Shown in pieces: positions 10,486 to 22,336 of a stretch of 57,639 nucleotides of DNA. Location of the stretch: contig LVLI01000406.1 of NCBI GenBank assembly GCA_001687465.1, positions 1 to 57,639 of the forward strand, in the 5' to 3' direction. This DNA comes from Halocafeteria seosinensis (lineage: Eukaryota). Positions within the stretch are counted from its first letter, which is position 1; the number at the start of each line of letters is the position of its first letter. Made by a program: the position numbers and the translations under genes. Below the pieces are notes generated by a model that made no database searches, had not been told where the DNA came from, and saw only the letters and a list, made by a program, of their open reading frames with translations.

Positions 10486-12807
10486 ATGACGCCATCCTCC
10501 TCCTCATCATCAAACCGCAGGGAGGAAGCCATTGTGGAGCCTACGATTCGGTAAGTGAGTGTTGAACACATTGCGTACTACCAACATGATGGATTCAGAT
10601 GAATTATCCGGATGGCATTGCAGATTCAGAACGGTGACGCTGAATACGTGGCTTCTCCCGTACAAATTGACCCCTCACACGAACGAGCGCACTTCAGCCA
10701 TTGTACAAGAGTTGCATCGTTTACAGCCCGATATAGTATGTTTTCAGGAGGTTTGGAGTCATAAGCACGCCGAGTTCATTCGGAAGGCGGGCAAACATCA
10801 AGGCCTCGTGTACGACTACGGAGACCCTTCCACCGGAGGAATGCTCATCATGTCGAAATTCCCCATGGAGAAGAAAGAGTTCATACCTTTTCAGAATACC
10901 GGGTTCCCAGCACATGTTTCCAGTGGTGAATTTTTATCCCGAAAGGGCGTTTTACGAACTCGGCTGATTACCCCAGCAGGACGGGTATGTGTACAGTCTG
11001 TGCACTTGGTGGCCAACTATTCGAAAGCAGCCAATGAAACTCTGGAGGATGGAGAGGATGGTGCCGAGCACATGGATGTATACCACGGGAAACGAGCGGC
11101 CCAACTTGCTGAGATTCTGGCAATTGACCATGGTTTAGGCACGACCCCGAATAGGAATTTAGGGGACTTCTTGTGGACCGAAACCGAAGAGAGTGACAAA
11201 CAGACATTCCCCGAGGAACCTGTTATACTGCTTGGCGATTTTAACATCCAACCTAATGATGCATCCCTACAGGCATATTTAAAGCTATCTGGATTCTTAG
11301 ATGCAAGTGCTATATCAACTCCATCCGCAACAGAAGCGTTTGGAGCTTCCTTCCCACAAGAGGCAGTCGTTCAACAGACAGGAGCTGATCAAACGGAACA
11401 AAGCAAACGAATTGCAAGACATGCTTATGCCGCTGCGGATAATTCTTTAATGGGACACAAATGCTTTCGAGTTCATCCTGCTACAGCAACGATTCACACA
11501 GTTTATTCACCTTATAGTGCACACGAAATGTAAGCCCTATTCGCTTTGCCTAGGTTTCTACAACCCTTGGGGTTCGCTTACCGCCTCTTACGCAATACAG
11601 TCCCGCAGCCAAAGTGGATTATGCTCTCTTCCGTCCTGGAAAGCATTTGCTCTTCCCGACAAGGTCCAGACTGGCGTTTGCTAAGAGCTGGAAGCTGCCC
11701 GGTGACGGGATATCGAAGCACGCTTTATCTTCATCGCGACCTGCAGGTGGAACTCCGAGTTCTTTTGTTGAGTCCAAAAAAGAGAGATTACATGGTAAAC
11801 ATGTTCACGATGCCTACAAGGCTACCCCTTCCTGCGTTAATCGGCAAGTCGATGAAACCGGAGGGTCGAACGGTACGAGTCAGTTCCCCACTCGCCTAGA
11901 AGTGGAAGAGACAACCTCAGAACCTTCATTCATCCAACGCCTGTTTGAAGCCTTGGGTAAACAGCTCCGTGAACGCGTATCGTTGCTACGGAACAAAGCT
12001 GACTCATCTTCGAAGAACAGACAAGTCTCATATTCGGATCATGTAGGGATAGTGACAGACTTCTGCTTGAGTCCGCACGAAAGGAACGTGACCGTGAAGG
12101 ACAGGTCCTCAGCCACACACTTGCACGCGATTGATGATGGCTTGACGGAAACAGAACTTATTCGCCGATTGGTTTCTGTCAAGTATTCAAGCTTCGCGCC
12201 GTTTCCATGTTCCCCTTTTAAAAATGACCAAAGTAAAGGGACTGAACCCACGGACGAGCCCGTCAACCGTCTCCAGGAATGCATTGATCATGGGATCCAA
12301 GAATGTGAGAGTAGGAGAAATTACTATCTTTTTCAAGGGGGAGCAAGTGCCTTTTCGACCGTTATCGCAGCTCGAATGCTTCATCGAGTCCAAAATAGGA
12401 CGGTTGATCCGGCTACTCCCAAAGAAAACGGTCCAAATATCAATCGCCGAAAAGCGGCACTAAGAAAGAGCACCAGACGAGCTACGCCGGAAAGAGTTTC
12501 TTCCGTGCCTTCGTTCAAACCTGCAGGGACCGAAGCACCTCAACAAACAACTCGAGGACCGTTACTGTTTGGCAAAGGCCCTCGTGTAGCTCTTCGTTTC
12601 GGCCGTGTATTCCTTGCGGGAGGAGTTTGCTTAACTCTGGGGTATTCTGCCTTGGGAGCAAACACTTACTGGTTAGTACTCACTGCTGAAATCGCTGGCA
12701 CAGATTTTGGTATCTTCTTTGTGCTGAATTGTCAATACAGGGAAGAAGGATCGTTGCGCAATGCTAAAACAGCACTATCCCATCTATACCCTCGACCTTC
12801 GGGATGA
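10486..12807 (+). CDS. Neutral sphingomyelinase/ISC1-like EEP-family phospholipase C
   Basis: TLNTW, CFQEVW, MSKFP, KGVL, HLVANY, LGDFN, VDY, SDHVG motifs plus C-terminal hydrophobic segments; in-frame GT-AG introns 10551-10623, 11530-11600 and probably 12672-12740. Confidence 0.85.
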
Positions 12808-13050
12808 AAACTGGTTCGTGCTACCGACTTGATGCGTATGCATTGCTCCGTTAGTGGCTGCTCCGTCGACGCGAGTGACACAAGTAGATTGATGTTGGCT
12901 CGCTAGGGGTGCCGTCCAATTAATTTGAAAGAATCGAAATATGCAACGACGTTCGTCCGTCTGACCGGACGCTCAGCGGAGAGCTCAGAGAGGTCAATAT
13001 TGGAAGCTTACGTACGCTGCAGTCAGAGAATTTGGCAGACTAAGTTTCAA

Positions 13051-14389
13051 TCATGTTTCTGTCTCCTTCACCTTCTGGACTAGACGGCGCTCCACAGACA
13101 GCCACTGGTTTTCGTTAGAGGCCACGCTTCCAAAGAGGCTCATGATTAGATTCTGTAGAATCCCAATGGCAGGTTGCCAACGAGGCTGAGCAAGTGCAAA
13201 GTTCAGCTGGGATACCAAGAAGTTATATTTCAGTAGGCGGGGATCCATCTCCGTTGATTCAAGGCGCTGAAGTATTAATCGGAGGCGGTCTAGACGAGGT
13301 CTCGAGACAGTATCGCTTGGCTTTACTGGCAAATATGCTTGTCCATGTTCCAGTGGTACCGCCTCTTGCTCACGGCGGCGTTTGACGAAAGCCGGCCTAA
13401 GGAATACCCATTGCCACCAAGAAGGCTCCAACAACTTACTTGCACTTTTCTGAGGACCGGCCGACAAAATGAATAACCATGAGTACGATCTTGTGATCCT
13501 CCGATGAATGTCTTCATCGATTACTTTTTTCCGATAGCTTTGATGTTCCAGCTCTTTTAACTTCTTTTGCCATTCGTATAATCCTTCCCAGTCTGAGGGT
13601 GCTGCATGGGGAAACTTGGAATTGATGTATTCCATGTACCGACCGTCCTTCGGATATTCAGTTCCATGGTTTCCGGGAGTACTCTCGTTCTGAATCTGTT
13701 CTGATTGGAGAGTTCTGTAGGTCCATCGCCTGGTAAGGCCACGCCAGAATGAGGAGAGAGTTGACGTATTTGTAGTATTATCCAGAGATTCAGGTTGGGG
13801 CTGCGAACGCAGTTTGCTTCTGGTACTCAGTAAACTTTGCTGCTGCGCTTCTTCCAGGGAGTCTCTTTCTTCCAACTGAGAACTGTGAGTCGTGGTGCTG
13901 CTAGTACTAGTATTCCCTTCATAATACCTCTGAAATGCACCCCATTCCTTTCTGGCTTCCATTTCTGTTTCCACCACAGCTTTCGTCCATCCTACGACGA
14001 TTGCCGTCGACGCCATCAATGCCAGTGTGGGGGCTTGGTCGGCCACAGACCTCAGCATAATTGTCTTCCATCTGGGCGCCTCTAAAGCTCCTGGAATCGT
14101 CTCTATAGCATAGATTCGCGTCTGGAGGAATCGGTACCAATAGCTGTATAGCATTCATAGAAAACTAAGAGGTCCTCGAAGGTTAATTCCAGTCACATGA
14201 GAGGCACACGTACTGGCAAAAGTACCCCACTATTCCACCGCGCATGACCGAAAAGGGATCATGAGATAATAAGAGCTTTAAGTCTTCTGAATACGGCGCA
14301 GTTCTCAAAGAGAGTTCCCCCAAGGCATGGCAGCCCATACCCATGAAAGCACATGTTAGAGGGCTCGGCAACCGCACATTGACACTCAT
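13051..14389 (-). CDS. Divergent Mpv17/PMP22-family membrane protein with long insertion
   Basis: Splicing intron 14144-14213 gives GYFCHYWYRFLQ; also RSVADQAP and NFLVSQLNFALAQPRWQ..LQN, matching Mpv17/PMP22 signatures. Confidence 0.6.
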
Positions 14390-14538
14390 TATGGTAATAT
14401 ATATATTATAATAAAGGGATGACTGTGGTCTAGGGGGTCAAATACTCATCATGGAAGCCATTATACTGAAAAAGGAATTCAAACAAACCCGACGAGAATT
14501 CCTCCTTTGTGCAAAATCTACATATAATGAATATACAG

Positions 14539-15254
14539 TCAATAAAAGAGTCTTCCACGATAGGCAATAGCTATACCCATGTTGTCAGTGTCGGTATCTT
14601 GAGTGCCGATAGAGGAAAGATGGGCTAATTGTCGACTATCGACGACTGTCAGTTCAGGAAGGAGAGCTTGCGCTGCATTATTCATGAGGAATTGAGATAT
14701 TCTGCCACTAATATCTATGTCACATAATGCCATTGGGGTCTGTAAAGTACTGTGTAATCTGCATTCATGTAAGAGGGTAAGTAGTGCCTCCATAGACGCC
14801 CATACAAGGCTACTCACTCGATAGCAGGCTTGGTGAAGCCAGAGGAGGAAGCGAAGATACCCAAAGCATTTTGCTGTATGTTCCTGCGTGTACGATGCTT
14901 GCGATGAGTGAGTGCTCCTTCCAGAGAGCGAAGCTCTCCTACACCTGTCTTCTTAGTCTCATTCTTGCATTGTATCACGACAGGAATACCTGTGGAGACT
15001 GTTTCCTGGCTCTCATTGGAATTCAAAGCCCATACGCCTTCCAGATCGATGCCTTTATCATTTGGTCCTCCTGTCTTTGTTAAATTGATACCCCAACGCT
15101 TCAGTCGCTCTTGTACTGTAGACTCGAAAGTACTGCCAGTTTCCACGTAATTAATCTTTCTCACGGGCACCGCGATTCGCTTCCCGAACTGCGTATTGCA
15201 AATGTAAGGAGTAGGAAATGAGTTCCGTTTAAGAAGTCGCCCACAATTCCACAT
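14539..15254 (-). CDS. RRG7: RRG7/DUF2034-like Mrr-type restriction-endonuclease-fold protein, likely mitochondrial
   Basis: GSTFE..V, GGPNDKGIDLEGVW, VVIQCKNE..K.GVGELRSLEG, SSSGFT; basic N-terminus; one intron starting near 14817. Confidence 0.75.
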
Positions 15255-15670
15255 TCCTCTAGCAGCACATTAAGTGTGTCGATCCCAAACGATGCTGGCT
15301 CGTCCAATCAATCCATTTCTAAAGACCAGTATGTGCTTAAGGCTGCATATATATGTAGTACGAATGTTACGACGTGCGGTACTGTACGATTCAAACGACG
15401 TTCCAAACGTGTTAACCAAACACAAGCACAGAAACTGTATTACCTTAATTTAATGCACATGTGAAAGAAGCGGTTCCGCGCCACACTGTGGAAGTTACTT
15501 CTCAGCTAGACTGCGGACTTAGAAATCTTCCCTACAGTGTCTGACAGCGTACTTGTTCAGTGGCAAAATGCAACTCGGTTTCAGCGGCAAGCATTGCTGT
15601 TAGAAAAGAAGATTGCTTAGCAGAGGAGAGGTGGATCGATAAACTCACTCAACAGCCACCAAGTTGAAAG

Positions 15671-15702
15671 ACACACACACAAATGTGACAGATAGCCCAC
15701 CG
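15671..15702 (-). mobile_element. 32-bp 3'-end copy of the (GT)n-tailed element
   Basis: ACACACACACAAATGTGACAGATAGCCCACCG is identical to 15857-15888. Confidence 0.85.
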
Positions 15703-15856
15703 TAGGCATCTACGACAGTGCCATTGGGCATCATGCCGACAAAATTAAGAAACGATTCGAGCGTCGTATCCAGTGAAGATACCAGCAGTATTCGAAAGGG
15801 CTTTGCGCAGAATAGAAGGAAAAGGACTTGTTGGAAGCAGTAGGTAACTTAGCAGT

Positions 15857-16620
15857 ACACACACACAAATGTGACAGATAGCCCACCGGCCGGAAAGTTG
15901 ACCGCATCCTCTTAACGAGGAGCGATATACGCCCGTGTTAAGCAGCGACGGGCCCGCTGTTCCTGCAGCCTTGCTGACATGCGCCGTGAGGGAACACAAC
16001 ACTGGTTATGCTCAGGAGGCATCGGGGGAGGAGCCATGCCTACGCCCACAATGTCAGAGGAACCGACAAGGCTCAGTCTGACAGAAGACCCTGAGCCTGC
16101 CACAGCGGCGCCGACGCCAAGACCGGTTGCAGCAGTGCAGGCAGGATGAAGTGTTGTTCCCGACGCAACAGTTGTGACCAATGACAAGCCACCACCTGAC
16201 GCGGGAGGTGGCTCCGCAGAAATTCCGTCCACCTCAGTTTCGTCAACACAGCCCAGATTGAAGTACATCTCCTGCTCGAGATCGAAAAAGGTGCGGCTAC
16301 CCAGGTCCTTCTGGAGCCACGAAGCCGGTTCCCACGTCCGTGCTGCCTCTGGGTAGCCCTTCCAGTGGACGAGGATCCGCTTGTCGTGGAGCCTGAAGTC
16401 GATAAACTTCTCGACATCATTTACCGTGTGCGTAGCTCTAGACAGCCACTCTAAGCAAGAGGAACCATTACCCACTGGGTTGTTTGACGCGGTCTTAGCC
16501 AAGCGGTGGCAGCCGAGTTTGAAGCCCTGCGTATGAACCTAATCTCTGCGCTCCTCACCATTGGGAGGTTCTTAAGGCCAAGCGATCAAAGAGGGTAAGG
16601 CCTACCTAGAAGCGATAAAG
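15857..16620 (-). mobile_element. (GT)n-tailed repeated element, longest copy (5' boundary uncertain)
   Basis: Shares its terminal ~270 bp with 22337-22610 and 57396-57639; ORF stop at 15912, ~45-nt 3' UTR, then (GT)5. Confidence 0.85.
15912..16502 (-). CDS. Chromodomain-containing C-terminal fragment of the element's protein
   Basis: DVEKFIDFR..KRILVHWKGYPEAARTWEPASWL chromodomain at about 16260-16421, then a low-complexity tail; no ATG start. Confidence 0.8.
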   Translation of the reverse strand: MAKTASNNPVGNGSSCLEWLSRATHTVNDVEKFIDFRLHDKRILVHWKGYPEAARTWEPASWLQKDLGSRTFFDLEQEMYFNLGCVDETEVDGISAEPPPASGGGLSLVTTVASGTTLHPACTAATGLGVGAAVAGSGSSVRLSLVGSSDIVGVGMAPPPMPPEHNQCCVPSRRMSARLQEQRARRCLTRAYIAPR

Positions 16621-17462
16621 GCCGATTTTGGGTTAAAGACCTGCACAGATGTTCCTTCCAGATTTCATCTCCCGATCAAATGTCCAGAATGACTTTGGAT
16701 TCTCCCGATGTGGGGCTGTATCCGCTAGACGACCTTGTCCCTCGCGTTTCACTTCCTGCTGCTTCCAGCCAGTCCATCCATCAGCTCCTATACAACGCGC
16801 CAGATGCGCGAAACATTGTGAATATCAGTTCGAGTTCCTACCCTCGCGAATATAGCCCAGATACAGTGTTCCCCCAGTGTCGAGAAGATCGCAGCCGCGT
16901 CTCTTATCCTCTGGTTCCGTCCAACATCAGCCGCGATGTCTGCAAGAACACGTCAATATTCAGCCACTTAACAATGTCATCATAAAACCAACCGAATACG
17001 CCTTACAAACCATTCATAGGCCCTCCCGTAGACCCACGACCCAAGATCAGCGCTTGCACTCCCCAAATACCAACACGCCTTTTTGCAAGGCCCATATCTA
17101 CATATCCTGCATTCTCTACAAATTTGAAATTATACAACATGGTAGCAAATTGAATGCTCTACAAGGTGATATGAAAAGATCCTGTATACACTCATGGAGT
17201 GTTGAGATATATAGGGTCGACTTGAGTCTCAACTTGATTTCACTCCGACAGCACAGTGAGTGGAGTGCCGTACAAGAAGGTAGTGAATCAACAGGGTTGT
17301 ACAGCCATTTGTTTCAAAACAGAGAAGCAAACAGATCCTTTGTGCTGAGGCTCAGGCTTTATTGCAGTGTACTGTAGTTGGCAGGCCTGACTTTGGGAGC
17401 CCCAGCAGAAGTTACTACCGTGCACGTTTAAACACACCAACTCATTTGACAATAACGCCAGA

Positions 17463-20023
17463 ATGGCAGCTGCAGCTCCGGAGGAAGCGCCAAAGTTGGT
17501 ACTATCCAAAGCAGTGAAGGGGGTTCCTGATTGGTTTATACCGAACGAATGCAAAGTGAAGGATGAAGTTGGCTGGGCTCAGTGCATTACAGAATGTTTG
17601 GATCAAAGAGAGGAGGTTACATCAACCCTTATTAATGAGGCCCTAGGATGTCTTTGCCGCGAAGAAGGAGATGGGACCCTATTAGCATACCAAAGAAGGG
17701 AAGTCAAGCACAGTCTCGTAGTGGCCTGCTTTCTTTTGAGTGACCGTGGGGCTTGTAGGGCGTATGAAGAAAAACGCCTTAAGGATTTGTACCCTCCCGA
17801 CGAGAGGGACGAAATGAAACGGAAAGTTGAAGAGTGGAGAGCGTCGGGAGCCGGTATATTTACCTCATTTACGCAGGAAGTGGGTCCTCTAGTACTTTCG
17901 CTGACCAACACGCTGTGTGACTTGATTAGGGTACTATGTCCGCACGAAACAGGTAAGTTCCTACCCACCTATAGATATTGGGTGCGTTTGAGTGCTTTGC
18001 TGGGATCATATGTGTGTGGCTTGGAAGGGACCGCAAGTGTTGTGAGGGAACGGTCTGTATGCCTCCACCTTTTTGGCGTTTCCAAAGGTTATGCACGGAC
18101 GTTTTTTGGTTGCATTCCAGCGAGAAGGAAGGAAACGTAGGCATAGTGATCTAGCAACGAGTTGTGTCTTTTTAAATGGTGGGGTTCGAAAGCCAGGGTT
18201 AGGGGCTCGAGCCCTGCACACTTCCCTTGTTTGTCGCGCCGAACAGAGGGCGTTTGTTGTGCCCCGTAGGGTCGTTGAGTTGGTCCAGAATCAACTTTAA
18301 AAATTTCCGTGTCTCGTGCGCAGGAGCAAGGCGGCAGAATACCAGCTCCGAAGAATACACGAAGAAGGCCATTAAGAGAGTCCGAGAAGAAGCGGCGAAG
18401 CAAGTACAACAGGCCAACAAAAGGACACGAGCGGCGAAGGCGCAAGCACAACAGGCCAACAAAAGGACACGAGCGGCGAAGGCGCAAGCACAAAAGGAAA
18501 AGGAACGACGAGTGTTCTGGGAGCGACGGTATAACTCGCTTGAAAAAGAGGTTGAAGGGGATAGGGAAGATTCCATCGGGAAAAGGCGCTCACTTCCGCC
18601 TCTCAAGAAAACACAATCGGGGAGTGCGAGTAGCCAAAGCTCGACGCCGTTGTCCTCGCATCAAGGGGCGACAGCGACACTTAAAAGGTTTGACCTTGAT
18701 GGTGACATTGGTATCAGTGCAAGCACAAAGGCAACAAGAATTTGGAACGAACGAGGAAAGGACGGTAAAATCACGTGGGCGGGGGAAGCAGACATTGCGT
18801 ACTATGTGCATTGCGTGTTTAAAGATATTCTTATTACTTTGGGCATCACAAGCATTACGATTCACTCTGAGATGCAATTTAGGGGTGAACGTCCTGACAA
18901 ATACCTCTTGTACGAGGAAACAAAGCCAATTGGTGCAATCGAAGTGAAGACTCCAATGAATAAGCGCACGAATCGCCAGCCCAACGGTTGTCCAACGAAA
19001 CAAAACACAACTGGTATAGGGGACCCAATGACCGACCAAGCGGTACAGGGAAAGGTGCTGGATTACCTTAGACTTCTTAAGAGTTATTACGGGGTTATGA
19101 CGCCGCTCTGTATATTAACGACTTATGACGAATGGCGCGTATTTTGGCTGGATGAATCCGGCGAGATGAGACGGGAAACCCGATCTTCGACCGCCAACCC
19201 TAAGCGCCATTTGTGGCCCACTATAGTGCAAACACTGGCTAAGAGGGGAAAAACGGAAAGAAGTCACCCACGGTTAAGGAACTCACCAAGAGAATGTTTC
19301 TGTTCAGAGATTTATGGAATTGGTCACAAAAACTTGATTGAGTTTCTTTGTTCGGTTGTGAACCGCATGAGGTCTGTCAAAATCAGTCCTCCCGAATTTA
19401 ATGATCTCTCGAGAACAATCGTGAGAGTAGATTCTAGGGGTTGGGTATGGCGCGTATTGGAGTCAAGGGAAGGTCTTGCGTGGAATGCCCAAGTGCCATC
19501 TCAGAAGTACAGACAGTTCCATCTTCTTACACCTCTCGGCGCGGGTGAAGAAGGGCGTGTCTGGTTGGCCTGTACGGCAGACAAGCAAATTCTAGCCATA
19601 AAATTCAAACGCATCCATAGACACAGGACCACTGGTAAGTCAAAATCGATGGTGCACATGGAGGAACAGTCGCGCTTGAAGACTGAGGTACAGTGCTGGC
19701 AAGAGTCCCAGCCAGACATTGGAAGCAATGTGCGCTCAGTAGCACTGGACGGGTGTTCCGCCTTGTTAATGCCGTATCTTGCTCAACGCCCCGTCGGCAA
19801 AGAGTCAGCCGCGGAAAAAAGAGCCGTAAGTGCTGCTGTTGAGGCATTCGCCCGTAGCGGGTGGGAACATAAGGACCTTAGCTGGAGACATGTGGGATTC
19901 TACGGGGGTTTGAGTGCTCCAAGTGCTGCCTTATTGGATCTTGGTAACGTTGAACGTCTTGATGGTACAGAAGGCCAATGCAAAAAAGCCAGTAAGGCCA
20001 TGAAGGAAGCTCTGCGTGTGTAG
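17463..20023 (+). CDS. CR-type REase + protein-kinase-like effector (DUF5898-like) with unrecognised N-terminal header
   Basis: E-x..RPD..IGAIEVKTP..DYL..LTTYDEWRVFW (REase); LGAGEEGRVW, AIKF, LLMPY, HKDLSWRHVG, LLDLG (kinase-like). A phase-1 intron 17953-18323 (AG|GTAAGT...CGCAG) would join ORF 17463 in frame; the join is inferred. Confidence 0.75.
18406..18493 (+). repeat. Perfect 42-bp tandem duplication (QQANKRTRAAKAQA x2)
   Basis: Direct repeat read in the sequence; lies in the coiled-coil linker. Confidence 0.95.
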
Positions 20024-20791
20024 GAGTTTGGCTCGATGGAACGAAATCGAAATGGCAAGCGACAAAGATGTTCCAAATGCGGTGGAAGTACACGACAAGC
20101 GCACCTGCAACGAACTGTCACGTCAGTTAACCAATGCACGCATCGCAAACATCGTTGCTCCAATGTATGCCCTGGTATCGTGCGTAAAGCCATTGGAAAA
20201 CCAGTGGCGAATCCCTACAAATTTTCCACCTCCGCATGACATGTTTGGGTGTTTCGGCGCATTCCGTTGTATACAAGTAAAACAAAGTATGATATTAAAT
20301 CTATAAACATAGGCAATGTGGCTGGTAACTCGCATAACATACTGAAATACACCTCTTATGTCGAATGACACCACACCCGCGCCTTAGTCTTTACCACTCC
20401 CAAATGCATCCTACACAGGGCAAATAAGCATATCATTGGTAGTATGGGTATCACAAAATAATGTATTTCAATTAAATGTGCAATGCATATCATCCCATAC
20501 CATTACTATGACAATACAGCGAAATATGTTCTACATGGCCCTCCAAACCACCCTTCAACTTGCTGTTATCGCAATTTCGCAAAGCTGAAATTTCCAAACA
20601 CCGTTAGCAGAAAATTGAAAATTACTGTTTCCTTTTTTATTGTTTTTCCAGAGGGGACTACATCAGGCGAAATAGATGAAAATCCGGACGACCTCAAGAA
20701 GGCTTCAAGTTGCCGGTTTCTCTTCATTCGGAATTGCTACACTGATGAAATCCCTCCTTAAAATCCCGCACTCTGTTATTCTCTTGCATTA

Positions 20792-22259
20792 GCAATCATG
20801 CAAGGGCCAGTCGGAGGACAAGCAGCTGGAGGGCAAGGACAAGCAGCTGGAGGACAAGGGCAAGCAGCTGGAGTGCAAGGACAAGCAGCTGGAGGACAAG
20901 GGCAAACAGCTAGAGGGCAAGGACAAGCAGGTGGCCAACAAGGGCAAGCGGGTTGGCAAAGAGACTATTGGAAGGTTGCCTGCGGGAAATTGGGGGAAGC
21001 ATTGGTAGTGACGGTCTTATAGTCTTCGTTGTTGCAGTGATAGCGCCTCGATTCTTAAACTGGACCTACGGACCCGGCTGGCGGGACGATGCACAACCGT
21101 TTTTGACAAGCGAGGTTTTAACTTATTTTTGGCGCTCTCGCCCCTTGCCACATGACCACCTACGGTACTTGATGAAGCAACGCCAACCAGACCTCTTCAC
21201 TGAAGACTATCATATCAACCGGTCGAACGTTTATCCTTCCTTGGACAAAGCCTTTTTTCAAATCTGGTATGGGCCCAAGGAGGTAGGGAAAACAACGGAG
21301 GCACGAATGCTCGTACGTCAGGTCTCATTGGCCGGGCAACCGGTGTTGTATCTATCCTACAAAGACCTTTACACATTCGACCCTTTCCTGAAGTGCTTCA
21401 TAACTTACTTAGAGCTGCCCAAGGACTCACGCTTCCCCGAGATGACGTTCTCCTATCTGGAGCGGGCACTGATAAATGAACATGCTGCAACTAAAACAGC
21501 ACCATTGCTTGTTATTGATGACATCAACCGAGCTTCCGCGGATGATGTTCTTCGATGGGTTCGCTCGGAGAGTTCTTGGGAGAATGGAAAACTCACCGGG
21601 AGAAGGGATAGAAAAGATCCATCGTGTATCAGATTCAAGCAGAGCGAAAAAAGTCATATTCGGGAATGTTCCACGCGAAGAAGCATATAAATATCTACGC
21701 AAAGTGAAGGCGATCGAGGGTCTCCAGGCCTGTAGTTGGCGGGAAACCGGGTGATCTTAAGAAACTTGTCCCAAGCGTTAGCGCTGAAGAGTTAACGAAA
21801 GCGGACGTAGAATATCTGCGTGACGTTACACTGCGAGAGATTGTGGAAGATGCCTACAAGGAGGCGCAGAAGTCACTCAGTGATAATGTCAAGAGAAACT
21901 GTTTCCAGGATGTTTTACTGGCGTTGTCTGACCACACTCGAGGTATGCGGAACGGTACCGTTGGTCAAGAGAAGTGTCTGCGGGACCGAGAGCTGAAACG
22001 TGTTCTAAAACGTTATGACTATAAAGAATTAGTCTTACAGGACTTCCTAAGTGCAGGCAATATCCTGACCCACGATCGGGGCTGTTACTTATTTGAGACT
22101 GTATACGTTGAGGGCCACATGCTGGACGAGTTCCTTCACGAGCCCCATCCTGACTTTGAAAGAATCTGTCAAAAGGAGGAGAAAGATGTACACAATGGGA
22201 AACATGACGCCCCTATGCGGCAGAGCACCCAGCATAGCATGGAGGTCCCTCCTGTGTAA
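20792..22259 (+). pseudogene. Frameshifted coiled-coil/TM/P-loop NTPase gene, CR-like
   Basis: 21-bp repeats encode KDKQLE heptads; hydrophobic segment; Walker A YGPKEVGKTT; Walker B LLVIDDIN; SRAKKVIFGNVPREEAYKYL and VGGKPGDL fall in different frames. Confidence 0.7.
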
Positions 22260-22336
22260 GTGCATACCTACCTATGTCTGCGCTTCAGGATACGATCAAC
22301 CTTGCTCCGTTGCCTCGTGCTTATCATGTTGTCGAA

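Noticed and set aside
14539..15254. Restriction-modification or defence nuclease
   Set aside because: Best explained as a conserved eukaryotic RRG7/DUF2034 gene; it has an intron and no methyltransferase nearby.
15885..15960. HDV-like or hammerhead ribozyme in the element end
   Set aside because: GGCCGG..UCCUC is only a superficial match; I could not build the nested pseudoknot or a CUGANGA/GAAA core.
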